Origin: Candidatus Dormiibacterota bacterium
Lineage (GTDB): Bacteria > Chloroflexota > Dormibacteria > Aeolococcales > Aeolococcaceae
Length of the DNA: 64,000 nt
Reading direction: 5' to 3'
Assembly (NCBI GenBank): GCA_963709585.1
Contig: CAVPXI010000004.1
Span: forward strand, 96,001 to 160,000
The notes below the pieces were generated by a model. It made no database searches. It was given only the letters and a program-made list of their open reading frames with translations, and was not told where the DNA came from. The position numbers and the translations under genes are program-made. Numbering within the stretch: the stretch's first letter is position 1; every line of letters starts with the position of its first letter. Of the stretch, positions 29,461 through 39,441 are shown one piece after another.

Positions 29461-31098
29461 TCAGCAGCTGGGATTGGCTTCGATCGGGCCGGTGAAGGCG
29501 CCGAGGCTCGTAGCGGTCACCCTGCCGTACTGCGCGTCGCCGCCGAACGTATTGCCGTTGCGCATCTGTCCGAACTCCCACATGCAAGCTCCCTCGACCT
29601 TGGCCAAGGTCCAGTACGGATAGAACGCGGCACCGGACGGCGGCATGACACAGCCATGGCCGTTGGCAAGGTTGCAGCCTGGCTGCGTCGCCGAGTTGTC
29701 CGTCTCGAGCTGAATGGATTCGTAAGTCTTGCCGCGACTGGTCGGCTGGCTCTGCAGGAAGGTTGCTGGGTACCTGTCTGGCACCAGTGAATCCGGCCAG
29801 TCGGCGACGTAGTTGCTGCCGTCGTAGTCGAGATCGCCAACCGCGGTGAAGAAGACGTCACAGCCGGTTACCAGGTTGGGCGGGGTAGTGCCGCCGTGCG
29901 TGTCGCCCTTGGTGTAGCAGGGGGCGTCGCCGGGCTCGTTGACACTACCCGTGTCTCGTGGCACCTCGTACGGGCCGACGCAGTGGAGCGCGTACTTGTC
30001 GGTAAAGGTGCCGTCGGTGAACGTCGCGCTGCCGGTCACCTTGCTGCAGGGCTCGAAGTGACCAATTTCGAACTGGCTATTGATGGCGTACGGGCCGGCG
30101 CCCCACGGAAGGATGTTTTGCGCGCTGTCGCTGTTGTACTCGGGCTGGAAGTTGTACGGCGTCCCCGAGCAGTCCGCGATGTTCGTGTTCATGAACCCGT
30201 TCGCCGCGGACGCGATCATGTAGCCGGATTGGCCGGTGGCGAGATCGGTTTCCAACGCCTCCAGCGCGTGTCCTCCATTGATCGTGGCATTGAAGATGTG
30301 GACGTTCACCCTGTCGCCTGGGTTCATGAGGAACGTGTTGTGGTTGGGGGTGAACGTGGCCAGATTCGTCAGTTGTGGGCTCGGTGGCCCCGTCGGTACG
30401 CCGTTGGTCTGGATGAAGGCGAAGTTGACCGGCTCGACACAGTTGTTGTTGCAGTTGCCGTTGGCGGCGCATTCCAAGCTGTCGATGTTTAGCGCCGAGC
30501 ACCAGTGCGAGTTGTCGCAGCTAACGTTGTCAGCGAATGGCGCGAAACCAGGCGCGTAGAACTGTAGTTCGAGGAATGCTCCCCCGGCACCCGGATACCG
30601 GCCGCTGGGTGCGTTGCCATCCCTCTCGGGCGTGCACGGTAGCTGCGGGAAGGAATTCGAATCGCATAGCGACATGGAGAACCACGGCGCAACCGAAAGC
30701 TCGAAGTTGTGCGTGATGTCCGAGCCGGGATGGGCGACGGTCGGATCCGCTACGGGATCCTTGCCGATCGTCTCGGTGATGTTGAAGTCGTTGCCCGTCC
30801 CCGGCTTGTTCGAGACGAAGCGCACGGTCGGCTCATCGTGGCCGATGTACCAACCGTTGTCTTCGAAGCGCTTGGTTGGATTGGTGCGTGGGTCCGCGCA
30901 CACGAGGGTCGGTTTGAGCGTCTTCTGGAGCTTGCTGAAACCGTTGCAATCCAGCTCGCCGGTGGCGCTGGGCCGCACTCTCATCGGCGACGTCTGAGCG
31001 GCGACGCCGGTGAACGCGAGCTGTCCACTCATCAGTCCGAGTGTGCTGAGCAGCACTGCGACCTTCGCCAGGCGCTTCGGTGTCGTTCGACCTGTCAT
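29461..31098 (-). CDS. Secreted Cys-rich hypothetical protein
   Basis: Signal peptide; YIGHDEP and FLELQFY motifs; 18 Cys; GGGAGG RBS. Confidence 0.82.
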   Translation of the reverse strand: MTGRTTPKRLAKVAVLLSTLGLMSGQLAFTGVAAQTSPMRVRPSATGELDCNGFSKLQKTLKPTLVCADPRTNPTKRFEDNGWYIGHDEPTVRFVSNKPGTGNDFNITETIGKDPVADPTVAHPGSDITHNFELSVAPWFSMSLCDSNSFPQLPCTPERDGNAPSGRYPGAGGAFLELQFYAPGFAPFADNVSCDNSHWCSALNIDSLECAANGNCNNNCVEPVNFAFIQTNGVPTGPPSPQLTNLATFTPNHNTFLMNPGDRVNVHIFNATINGGHALEALETDLATGQSGYMIASAANGFMNTNIADCSGTPYNFQPEYNSDSAQNILPWGAGPYAINSQFEIGHFEPCSKVTGSATFTDGTFTDKYALHCVGPYEVPRDTGSVNEPGDAPCYTKGDTHGGTTPPNLVTGCDVFFTAVGDLDYDGSNYVADWPDSLVPDRYPATFLQSQPTSRGKTYESIQLETDNSATQPGCNLANGHGCVMPPSGAAFYPYWTLAKVEGACMWEFGQMRNGNTFGGDAQYGRVTATSLGAFTGPIEANPSC

Positions 31099-31343
31099 GG
31101 CCCACCCTCCCGGCGGGATCTATTTGCCCCTGGCCGCCGCGATTGGGAACCCTACTGCCGGACGGCCACCCGCGTCAAGCCGGCCTCGAGGCGAAGGGTG
31201 GTGCTGTTTACGAACCCTCAACGTACGTCGTCTCCTCCGGCTCGCCGAAACGCTGCGCACTCCGCAGCTCCACCACCCACCCGGCTGGGGGGTCGTACGG
31301 CACCCCAATATGGCGCACGCTCGAGTTCAAAGTCGGACCAGCT

Positions 31344-31390
31344 CCTTCCCAAGGTTGAAGTTGCGGGTTCGAGCCCCGTCTGCCGCTGAC
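31344..31390 (+). repeat. attR-like copy of the tRNA-Gly 3' half
   Basis: 46/47 identical to 28642-28688; starts in the anticodon arm. Confidence 0.93.
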
Positions 31391-31521
31391 CTAGCCAGTT
31401 TCAATCAGCTTCGTATAACCATTGATTGCAGTTGATCCGCCGCTTCGGCAGCCCGGACACCGTCGCCGCCAGGTCCGCGATTGTCCGCAGTCAGGTCGCG
31501 ACGACCCGCTTCGATTCGTGC

Positions 31522-32007
31522 ATGTCGCGCCGTCATGGACAAGCAGCTGGCGGCGGCACTCGCACGTACCACGCCTGGAAGGGCATGCTGAGCCGTTGCA
31601 GGAATCCCTTTAGTGCCGATTGGGTGCGCTATGGCGGGCGCGGCATCACCGTTTGCCGTCGCTGGCATCGCTTCGAGCACTTTCTCGCCGACATGGGCCC
31701 ATGTCCTGACGGCCTCACCCTGGATCGGATCAACAACGAAAGCCATTACGAACCGGGCAACTGCCGTTGGACGACCTGGGAGCAGCAGATGCTCAATCGG
31801 CGCTCAATCCGCGGCGAGCGCCATCCCAATGCGAAGCTTACAGTCGATGACGTGTCGTCTATCCGGCGCTTGGCGCGCTCCGGAGTCACGTACCGGGCCA
31901 ACGCATCAGTGTTCGGAGTCAGTTCAGCGAACGTGGGGTACATCGTGCGAGGGGAGGCATGGCGCGAGCTCGTCAGAGACCCCGGCCAGGAAAGTAGGGG
32001 GCTATAG
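31522..32007 (+). CDS. Phage-type HNH-like endonuclease with C-terminal HTH
   Basis: W..M..RC, YGGRGITVC..W, TLDRINN...YEPGNCRW, GERHPNAKLT. Confidence 0.85.
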   Translation: MSRRHGQAAGGGTRTYHAWKGMLSRCRNPFSADWVRYGGRGITVCRRWHRFEHFLADMGPCPDGLTLDRINNESHYEPGNCRWTTWEQQMLNRRSIRGERHPNAKLTVDDVSSIRRLARSGVTYRANASVFGVSSANVGYIVRGEAWRELVRDPGQESRGL

Positions 32008-32086
32008 CTCACCCTGCTGAAGCTAGGAAATTGAGGCGACACGAAGTGCAGGGAGCAAAGACCGCGCATCTGCTCCAGAATCCATC

Positions 32087-34234
32087 GTGATGCGCCTTGC
32101 CCCCGAGGTCGAGCGCGACGTTGCGCCGCCGATCCATCAGGCGATCAAGCGCATCGCGGCGCGCTCCAACTACGCCACCACCCTTGACGGCGCGGGCTTC
32201 AATACCATGGACGCCGAGTTTGGTCACAAGCTCGCGGAGGGGCACCCGAGCGAGTGGTCGCCGAAGATGCTCTATCAGGCGTGGCGCATCTGCAAGCGCT
32301 ACCGCGGCCAGCTTGCGAACGAGGGCATCGACTTCGACGCCTTGCCCGCGCCGCCGAACCCCTACGACGGCGTGGTCACCATGGTGATCGACAGCAGCCG
32401 GATGGACGACACGGGCGGCACACCGCTTGCACCGCCGCGCTCGTCCACCGCTGACCGGCGCTGCGTGCTCGTGCGCGACCGAGCCGGCATCCCGCTCGAA
32501 TTTGCCATCGCCTTCGAGTACAACCCGGCGCTGGTGGAGGCTATCAAGACGCTCTCCCGCCGGGCGTGGAATCAGGTCACGAAACGCTGGACGGTCCCGG
32601 CGTCGACGGATCTGCTTTCCGAGCTCAACGACTTCCTGCACAACTACGGCTTCCACGGAGATCACGACACCGTGACCTTCATGCAGGAGTGCCTGCTGTC
32701 TGCGCGGGAACAGCGCGATCAGGCGGAGGCCATGGCCGAGCTGAGCCGCGCGAAGGTCAGCGAGTTCGACGTGCCGACGATGTCGAAGGTCGATCAATAC
32801 GGCCGGCCGCAGTCACTGAAGCCCTGCCAGCGGGCGGGCATCGAGTACGCGGTCAAGGCGAAGCGGACGTTCATCGGGGATCAGCAGGGCATCGGCAAGA
32901 CCGCGGAGGGCATAGGAACCGTCGAGCACCTGAGCGCATTTCCTTGCCTCATCGTCTGCAAGAACCGGCTCAAACCCAACTGGGCGCGGGAGCTCGCGAA
33001 GTGGGTGCCGCACCGCAGCGTCACCGTGCTTGGCGCGAGGCCGGATCTCTTCGCGTCGAGCAGCGATTTCGTCATCATCAACTACGAGGCGCTGAGCAAG
33101 TTCAAGGTGTTCCTGCACGGCCGGCAGTGGGCGTCCGTGATGGTCGATGAGAGCCAGAAACTCAAGTCCCCGAGCGCGATTCGGACGGCCGCCGTGCGCA
33201 GGCTGGTCGAGGCGCAGGACACCGAGGTCCGGCTGCTCCTCACCGGCACGCCGATCATGAACAATCCGGGTGAGTTCGTCGCCCAGATCGTTATTCTCGG
33301 CCAGATGGATGCCTTCGGCGGCAGCCCGAAAGCGTACAAGCGCCGCTACGTGAACGGCATGAATCTGCAGGCTCTGAACGACACCCTCCGCAAGACGTGC
33401 TACATCCGCCGCACGAAGTCAGAGGTGATGACGGAACTCGAGCCGAAGTTGCTCGCGCCGGTCACGCTCGAATTGACCAACCGCGAGGAGTACGCCCGCG
33501 CTGAGGACGATGTGATCACCTGGATCGAGCGTCACGCGGCGGAGGATGCAGCCTTCCTACGCACGCTCGACGGCATGAGCACGCTCGGCCGCCAGGAGGC
33601 CACCAGGGAACACGCCGCCGACGCGGGGCGGCGAGCAGCGCGGGCCGAGGCGCTGGTCCGGATCAACGCGCTCAAGTACCTCGCCGTCAAGGGCAAGCTG
33701 GAACCCGCTATCGAATGGATCGAAGACTTCCTCGAGTCCGGCGAGAAGCTCGTCGTGTTCGGGGAGCGCGTGGAGGTTCAGCGCGCCATCGCCGACCACT
33801 TTCCCGGCTGCGCGCGGCTCGCCGCCACCACTCGGGACGGTGCCCGGCCCACCACCAACGTCGAGCTGTATGCCGAGATGGACCGCTTCCAGACCGACCC
33901 GGACTGCCGCCTGATCGTCTGCGGCATCGACGTGGGCGGCGAGGGCTTCACGCTCACGGCGGCAAGCGACGTGGTGCTGCTGGAGTTCGGCTGGACGCCC
34001 ACCGGAATCGACCAGGCGGGGGACCGCTGCCACCGCGAGGGGCAGACTGACAGCGTGACCGTGTGGCATCTGCTGGCGGAGAACACGATCGACGACTGGA
34101 TCATGGAACTGATCGATCGCAAGCGCCGGGTGGTCGTCGCAGCCACCGATGGCCAGGAGGTCGACGACGTCGACCTGCTCACCGAGATCATGAAGCGGCT
34201 CGTCGAGAAGCGGCGGGCGGGCGCCGCGGCCTGA
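32087..34234 (+). CDS. SNF2-family ATPase/helicase (SMARCAL1/HARP-like)
   Basis: GDQQGIGKT, VDESQ, LTGTP, GEGFTLT, QAGDRCHREGQ; N-terminal FEYNPALVEAIK...WN...W segment. Confidence 0.88.
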   Translation: MMRLAPEVERDVAPPIHQAIKRIAARSNYATTLDGAGFNTMDAEFGHKLAEGHPSEWSPKMLYQAWRICKRYRGQLANEGIDFDALPAPPNPYDGVVTMVIDSSRMDDTGGTPLAPPRSSTADRRCVLVRDRAGIPLEFAIAFEYNPALVEAIKTLSRRAWNQVTKRWTVPASTDLLSELNDFLHNYGFHGDHDTVTFMQECLLSAREQRDQAEAMAELSRAKVSEFDVPTMSKVDQYGRPQSLKPCQRAGIEYAVKAKRTFIGDQQGIGKTAEGIGTVEHLSAFPCLIVCKNRLKPNWARELAKWVPHRSVTVLGARPDLFASSSDFVIINYEALSKFKVFLHGRQWASVMVDESQKLKSPSAIRTAAVRRLVEAQDTEVRLLLTGTPIMNNPGEFVAQIVILGQMDAFGGSPKAYKRRYVNGMNLQALNDTLRKTCYIRRTKSEVMTELEPKLLAPVTLELTNREEYARAEDDVITWIERHAAEDAAFLRTLDGMSTLGRQEATREHAADAGRRAARAEALVRINALKYLAVKGKLEPAIEWIEDFLESGEKLVVFGERVEVQRAIADHFPGCARLAATTRDGARPTTNVELYAEMDRFQTDPDCRLIVCGIDVGGEGFTLTAASDVVLLEFGWTPTGIDQAGDRCHREGQTDSVTVWHLLAENTIDDWIMELIDRKRRVVVAATDGQEVDDVDLLTEIMKRLVEKRRAGAAA

Positions 34235-34417
34235 GCGACTGTGCGCGCGGTGGACTCGGGCAACTCAGTTACTTGTTTGCCGATGCCCGATGGAACGACC
34301 GGTGGCAACTGACAGGTTGGCATCGAGCACGTGCCAAACGACCCTTCATCCAGTCCTGACGGTCTTCGTTCTCCCTCCCGAGCCGCATTCCCGAACTTCT
34401 ATGCCGCTTCGGCACGC

Positions 34418-36025
34418 TCACACAGCGGCCCCCGCGCCGTCAGGTACCCGTCCGGGATAGAAGCCGAGCCTCGCGAGCGGCTCCACCAGCTCCTGCTCCT
34501 CGTACGCAAGGTGTGACAGGAGGGCGTCGGTCAGGAAGTCAATCGCCTCCTGGATGGCATCGTGACCCTCCGGTCGCGTCATGTGCTGAACCAACGCGTG
34601 GTCGACTTGCTCAATCGCGTCGTGGATAACGAGGTGCTCATCGGTCAAGCGATCGATCACCGGTTTGAGCTGCGGTTCGCGGCCCGCCAGGTGGGGGAAC
34701 AGCACGAAGTCTTCGCCGCTGTGGTGCGCGGCTACGACGCCGCAGTAGCGGGAGCAGATCGTTCCCAGCGTCCAATCGTTTTGGCGCAGGGCCATCTCGT
34801 TCAGCGCCCCTCTGGCGTCCGCGGCCTGCATCGCGCCGTCGCGTACCTGCCGCAGGATATCCCGTAGCTCCGACAACTCCTGCCGGAGCATGTCGTGCAC
34901 TCCTACGAGTGTCTTGGAAGCGCGGCGCCCCGCATCGCTGTAGCGGACCTTTAAACCGAGACGGTCGCGCCGCGGCCGTACCAACTCGTCCCACGGCGCC
35001 CGGTCGCTGAGACGGGTTGTTCCGTCGGGCGTCGGGGTGACCCCAAGCCCGTCGACCTCGGTCTCAGCAACCGGCGCCGCCAGCCCCGCCGGCGCACCGA
35101 CACCAACCGTGGTACGGGGGGTGGCCCCCGCTGAATCGCCCGGCCCGCGCTGACGCGCCTGTGTGACCGCCTCACGCACGCGGGGCGCAACCTCAGCCGC
35201 GAAGTCCACAATGGCGCGAGGTTCGGTTACCGTCACGATGAAGGTGTCTATCCCGTCCTCCAGCGCGAGCTTGGTGAACTCCGAGGCCGTATCTCGTGCG
35301 GGCGAGTCGACTCTGCCCACGTTCAGTAGGCGGCGGATCGCGTGGGGCTCGCGGTCGGCCTCCACAGCGGCAGCATCGATCGCGGCGTTGCCCGCAGTGA
35401 GGTCGCCGGGTTTCAGGCCGGCGGTTGTGGGCAGCCAACCGTCGGCGAGCCGGCCGACCAGCCTGAGCATCCGGGGCTTGAATGCGCCGACCCAGATGCC
35501 AATGTTGTGCACCGGCACCGGCCCGCGGGCGGCGCCGGCCAGCCGATAGTGCCGCCCGTCGAACCACGCGTCGCCCGACGCACCCGTGTTCCACAGTTCG
35601 CGGATGACGTGGATGCCCTCCTCGAGTGCCTCCACGCTCTCGCCAGGGCCGAGGCGTCGCCCATCCATCGTCTCGATGGCGTCCCAGGCCATGCCCGCGC
35701 CGATGCCAAGCTCGACGCGTCCGTGGCTGAGGACATCGAGGCTCGCGGCAGCTCGGGCGACCACGGCCGGTGGCCGGAGTGGCAGGCTCAACACGTTGGG
35801 CGACAGTCGAACGCGGCGCGTTCGCGCGGCGACGAAGGACATCAACGTCCAGGCGTCCAGCCGGGTCGCGGAGTAAGGATGGTCGTTGAACGTGACAAGG
35901 TAGTACCCCGCCTCCTCGGCGAGCTCGGACCAGGCAACCACTTCATCCGCCCACTCGGCCGCGGGTGTGATGAAGACACCGAACTCAATGTCGTGACCGT
36001 AATCGCCCATGCGACTTCCGCTCAT
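34418..36025 (-). CDS. LLM-class flavin-dependent oxidoreductase fused to a hemerythrin-like domain
   Basis: DHPY, LDVLSHGR.ELGIGAG, ADGW; C-terminal HDMLR, HHSGED, EH..IH, HLAYEE. Confidence 0.85.
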   Translation of the reverse strand: MSGSRMGDYGHDIEFGVFITPAAEWADEVVAWSELAEEAGYYLVTFNDHPYSATRLDAWTLMSFVAARTRRVRLSPNVLSLPLRPPAVVARAAASLDVLSHGRVELGIGAGMAWDAIETMDGRRLGPGESVEALEEGIHVIRELWNTGASGDAWFDGRHYRLAGAARGPVPVHNIGIWVGAFKPRMLRLVGRLADGWLPTTAGLKPGDLTAGNAAIDAAAVEADREPHAIRRLLNVGRVDSPARDTASEFTKLALEDGIDTFIVTVTEPRAIVDFAAEVAPRVREAVTQARQRGPGDSAGATPRTTVGVGAPAGLAAPVAETEVDGLGVTPTPDGTTRLSDRAPWDELVRPRRDRLGLKVRYSDAGRRASKTLVGVHDMLRQELSELRDILRQVRDGAMQAADARGALNEMALRQNDWTLGTICSRYCGVVAAHHSGEDFVLFPHLAGREPQLKPVIDRLTDEHLVIHDAIEQVDHALVQHMTRPEGHDAIQEAIDFLTDALLSHLAYEEQELVEPLARLGFYPGRVPDGAGAAV

Positions 36026-36042
36026 GTCCTCACCGCTATGGG

Positions 36043-36603
36043 TTACGTGTTCAGCTTCGCTTCGATTTCGAGCTGGAGGTCTACCTGGTCACCGACGACG
36101 ACGACGCCGGCTTCGAGGATCGTGCTGAAGTCGACCCCAAAGTCACGCCGGTTGAGCCGGCCGACGGCAGTGGCTCCGGCGCGCGTGCCCGCCTTCGGGT
36201 CGGTCGCAAAGCCTCCCAGGTCGAGTCGGAGCGTGATTGGTCTGGTGACAGCCTTGAGCGTGAGCTCGCCGTCGAGCGCGTAGTGGTCGCCATCGGGGCG
36301 AACGGCAGTCGAACGAAAGCTCATCGTCCGGTACTGGTCGACTTGGAGGAAATCTGCTGCGCGAATGTGCTTGTCCCGATCCGCGTTCCCGGTATCGATG
36401 GAACTGAGATCGATGGTGGCCGTGACGCTCGAGTCGAGCAGGGACTCGCCGGTCACGATCTCGCCGCTGAAGGATGTGAATTTGCCGCGAACCTTGCTGA
36501 CCATCATGTGGCGCACTGAGAACCCGATTTCGGAGTGGGTCGGGTCGATCGTCCAGGTGCCGACGACGTAGCCGGGGATAGTCTGTTCTGCTGTGGTGGT
36601 CAT
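36043..36603 (-). CDS. YceI family lipid/polyisoprenoid-binding protein
   Basis: WTIDPTHSEIGFSVRHMM, RDKHIR..DF, RRDFG. Confidence 0.93.
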   Translation of the reverse strand: MTTTAEQTIPGYVVGTWTIDPTHSEIGFSVRHMMVSKVRGKFTSFSGEIVTGESLLDSSVTATIDLSSIDTGNADRDKHIRAADFLQVDQYRTMSFRSTAVRPDGDHYALDGELTLKAVTRPITLRLDLGGFATDPKAGTRAGATAVGRLNRRDFGVDFSTILEAGVVVVGDQVDLQLEIEAKLNT

Positions 36604-36647
36604 GGGGGACGCTCCTTGGTTGGTGGTTCAGATATGAATGGTATAGC

Positions 36648-36660
36648 ACAAATCATTTGT
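36648..36660. promoter_or_regulatory. Palindrome ACAAATCATTTGT, probable MarR operator
   Basis: AT-rich inverted repeat between divergent yceI-like and marR-like genes. Confidence 0.5.
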
Positions 36661-36698
36661 ATAACACAAGTAGCAGGTTGCTGATATACTGTTGGTTC

Positions 36699-37175
36699 AT
36701 GACCAACACTCAGATCGAAGCCAACACCGCCACCACCACGTTGGCCGACAAGCAGCTGCTGCCCCTTGTTGACCACCTCGCGCGCGCTGCCCGCCGCTCG
36801 GGCGAAGCGACTCTTGAGCCTGGGGGGCTGCGCCCCCGTCATCTCATCGCTCTGAGGCTGCTCAGCGAGGGCGGACCCACGAGCCAGCAGGCGTGCGCGG
36901 ACTCGCTCAGCCTGGATCCGAGCAATGTTGTCGGCCTGCTCAACGAGCTTGAGGAGCGGCAGCTGATCACCCGACGTCGGGATCCCGCCGATCGCCGCCG
37001 CCACATCGTCGAGCTGTCACCCCGCGGCGAGGACGAGCTCTGTCTGGCCTACGGCCGGCTCCGCCTCATCGAGGACGATCTGTTCAGCGCCCTGAGCGCC
37101 GCGGAGAGGGCAACGCTCTACGACCTGCTCGTCCGGGCCGTCAGTGGCGCGTCGCCTCAATGCGAGGTTGACTGA
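36699..37175 (+). CDS. MarR family regulator
   Basis: LDPSNVV.LLNELE, DPADRR...L...G. Confidence 0.9.
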   Translation: MTNTQIEANTATTTLADKQLLPLVDHLARAARRSGEATLEPGGLRPRHLIALRLLSEGGPTSQQACADSLSLDPSNVVGLLNELEERQLITRRRDPADRRRHIVELSPRGEDELCLAYGRLRLIEDDLFSALSAAERATLYDLLVRAVSGASPQCEVD

Positions 37176-37463
37176 GGCATCGCCCGCGCTCGCCAAGCCC
37201 TCGCCCAGCGGAGTCTCATCGGATGAGGCTTTGCAGCGCATGCGGGGACTGCTCATCGCGGCCGAACGCCACGGTTCATGGCCCAGCGACCGCTCAGATC
37301 CATCGAGCCGCTCGACCTGGACTCGCCCAATCCAACTCCAGTAGAGCGCGCGGTCATCAACGGTCAGCGCCGCTGACGCGGCCGCTGGTTCGGGTCCGGC
37401 TCGGCATCAAGCTGGTGCTGGGTTCAGTCCGCCCACGCTTTGCAACGGCGACGCGCCAGGGAT

Positions 37464-37955
37464 CTACGTGCCTTTGAGGATCCGCGTCAGGTTGTCGACC
37501 ACCGAACTTGCTTGACGCAGCGCGGCCTCACCGATCTCGCGTCCGACGCGGTCAGCCCAGGCCCGTTGAGCGCGGCGAATGGTGGTCAGCGTCTTCCGAC
37601 CGAGAGGCGTGATCCGAACCAGCTGTGATCGCTGGTGCGCGGGATTGATGCCGTACTCGGTGAGCCTGTCTCGCTCTAGGAGATCGGCTACCCGCTGAAC
37701 GCTCTGGCGCGTGTACCCCAATCCACGGGCGATCCGCGCGACGGGAGCCGGCGCATCCGCCACGGCCTCGAGCACCAACCAACGCGCCATCGTCTGGCCA
37801 CCGGTCGCCGCGATGCCTTCCCCGGCGCGGCTGAAATGGGCCTCGAGCTGGATCACCGGAACGATAAGCGACGTCAGCACTTCGCCTGCCGGAGAGACAT
37901 GCTCCTCGCCCTGGGGCACATTGACAGCATGCTGTCGCTTTGCTATAGTCGTCAT
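37464..37955 (-). CDS. MarR family regulator (start uncertain)
   Basis: ARW.VL, IAR.LG.TRQSVQR.AD.L, NPAHQRS. Confidence 0.85.
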   Translation of the reverse strand: MTTIAKRQHAVNVPQGEEHVSPAGEVLTSLIVPVIQLEAHFSRAGEGIAATGGQTMARWLVLEAVADAPAPVARIARGLGYTRQSVQRVADLLERDRLTEYGINPAHQRSQLVRITPLGRKTLTTIRRAQRAWADRVGREIGEAALRQASSVVDNLTRILKGT

Positions 37956-37971
37956 GACAGCATTCTGTCAT
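37921..37971 (+). promoter_or_regulatory. Promoter TTGACA-N17-TATAGT with two GACAG-N4-CTGTC operators
   Basis: -35 at 37921-37926, -10 at 37944-37949; palindromes at 37923-37936 and 37954-37971. Confidence 0.85.
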
Positions 37972-38001
37972 ACAGCCAGTAGTCTTGAGGAGGCGAAAAC
38001 G

Positions 38002-39150
38002 TTGGCCGTGACCACCGACCGCAGAATCCGATCCTTTCGCATCGAAGTCCCCGAGTTCGATCTGGAGGATCTCCGAGACCGCCTAGCCCGCACCCGCTGG
38101 CCCGAAGAGCTGCCGGGGGTGGGATGGAGCCGAGGTGTGCCCCTGGGCTACCTAAAGGAGCTGGCGGACGACTGGCGCCAACAGGAGGCGAGGCTGAACG
38201 AGGTGCCTCAGTTCACTACGGAAATCGACGGCGCGACGGTTCATTTCCTCCACGTGGTCTCCCCCGAATCCGGGGCCCTTCCGCTGATCCTGACCCACGG
38301 CTGGCCCGGGTCGATCGTCGAATTCCTCGATGTCATCGGTCCGCTGACCGATCCACGCGCTCACGGCGGAGATCCGGCCAACTCCTTTCACGTCGTGATC
38401 CCGTCGATCCCCGGCTTCGGCCTATCCGGACCGACACATGAAACGGGATGGACCACCGCTCGGATCGCCAAGGCGTGGGCCGAGCTGATGGACCGCCTCG
38501 GCTACCAACGTTACGGGGCGCAGGGCGGCGATTGGGGGGCGTTCGTGAGCCCCGAACTGGGACGCATCGCATCGGACCGCGTTGCCGGCGTTCACGTCAA
38601 CGCGGCCACCTTCGGGTTCATTCCATTTGGGCCCGTCGACCCCGCCGACGCCGCGACCTTCTCGGACAGGGAGAAGGCGCGCATTGAACGGCTAAACCGG
38701 TTCATGAACGACGGGAATGGCTACTTCCAGCTTCAGGCCACGCGGCCGCAGACGGTGGCGTATGGGCTGACGGACTCGCCGGTCGGTCAGCTGGCGTGGA
38801 TCGTGGAGAAGTTCAAGGAGTGGTCACACGCCGACGAAACGCCCGAGGGTGCGATCGACCGCGATCTCATGCTTACCGACGTGATGCTCTACTGGCTGAC
38901 CCGAACCGCTGGATCGTCGGGCCGCCTCTACCACGAGAACATGCACGGCAGCTCATGGGGCCAGCAACCGGGCAAGACACCCACTGGAGTGGCGGTGTTT
39001 GCCGAGGATGTGGCCATTCGCCGCTACAGCGAAGCCGGGAACAACATCGTGCATTGGTCGGAGTTCGAGACCGGCGGCCACTTCGCGGCGATGGAGGTTC
39101 CCGACCTCCTCGTCCAAGACGTGCGCACCTTCTTCCGCGGCTTGCGCTAA
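38002..39150 (+). CDS. Epoxide hydrolase (EHN family)
   Basis: HGWPGS, PSIPGFG, QGGDWG, DSPVG..AWI.EKF, GGHFAA; GAGGAGG RBS. Confidence 0.93.
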   Translation: MAVTTDRRIRSFRIEVPEFDLEDLRDRLARTRWPEELPGVGWSRGVPLGYLKELADDWRQQEARLNEVPQFTTEIDGATVHFLHVVSPESGALPLILTHGWPGSIVEFLDVIGPLTDPRAHGGDPANSFHVVIPSIPGFGLSGPTHETGWTTARIAKAWAELMDRLGYQRYGAQGGDWGAFVSPELGRIASDRVAGVHVNAATFGFIPFGPVDPADAATFSDREKARIERLNRFMNDGNGYFQLQATRPQTVAYGLTDSPVGQLAWIVEKFKEWSHADETPEGAIDRDLMLTDVMLYWLTRTAGSSGRLYHENMHGSSWGQQPGKTPTGVAVFAEDVAIRRYSEAGNNIVHWSEFETGGHFAAMEVPDLLVQDVRTFFRGLR

Positions 39151-39280
39151 GACACGGGTTTCAATCGCCGCCATCCGGAAGGCTTTCACTCGCGCCAGGC
39201 CACAGCCTCCTGGGGACTTGACCCCGGAACAGACGCCACCAGCCCGTTACCGGCCTGAACACCTTCGCAACCAGGATCGC

Positions 39281-39382
39281 TTTAATCGGACGACGATCGC
39301 GGAGATCCGCGCGGAAACCTGGAGGGTTCACGCCCGCGTCGCTGCTGCCAACGAGCGGCGGCTACTCCTGGATCGCATCATG
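39281..39382 (+). pseudogene. Possible remnant of a DDN-type deazaflavin-dependent oxidoreductase
   Basis: FNRTTIAEIRA resembles the family N-terminus and ARVA...ER..L resembles a later segment; the middle is missing. Confidence 0.3.
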
Positions 39383-39441
39383 AGCGCCACTCCGTCAGCC
39401 GCTGCAGCAGCAATACCCGGCGTGAGATCCCCGTCGTGGTG

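Larger units (their letters stand above)
28642..31390. mobile_element. tRNA-Gly-integrated genomic island remnant (no integrase visible)
   Basis: Bounded by a 47-bp direct repeat, 28642-28688 and 31344-31390. Confidence 0.8.

Noticed and set aside
31344-31390. Second tRNA-Gly gene
   Set aside because: No 5' acceptor strand or D arm; it is an att duplicate
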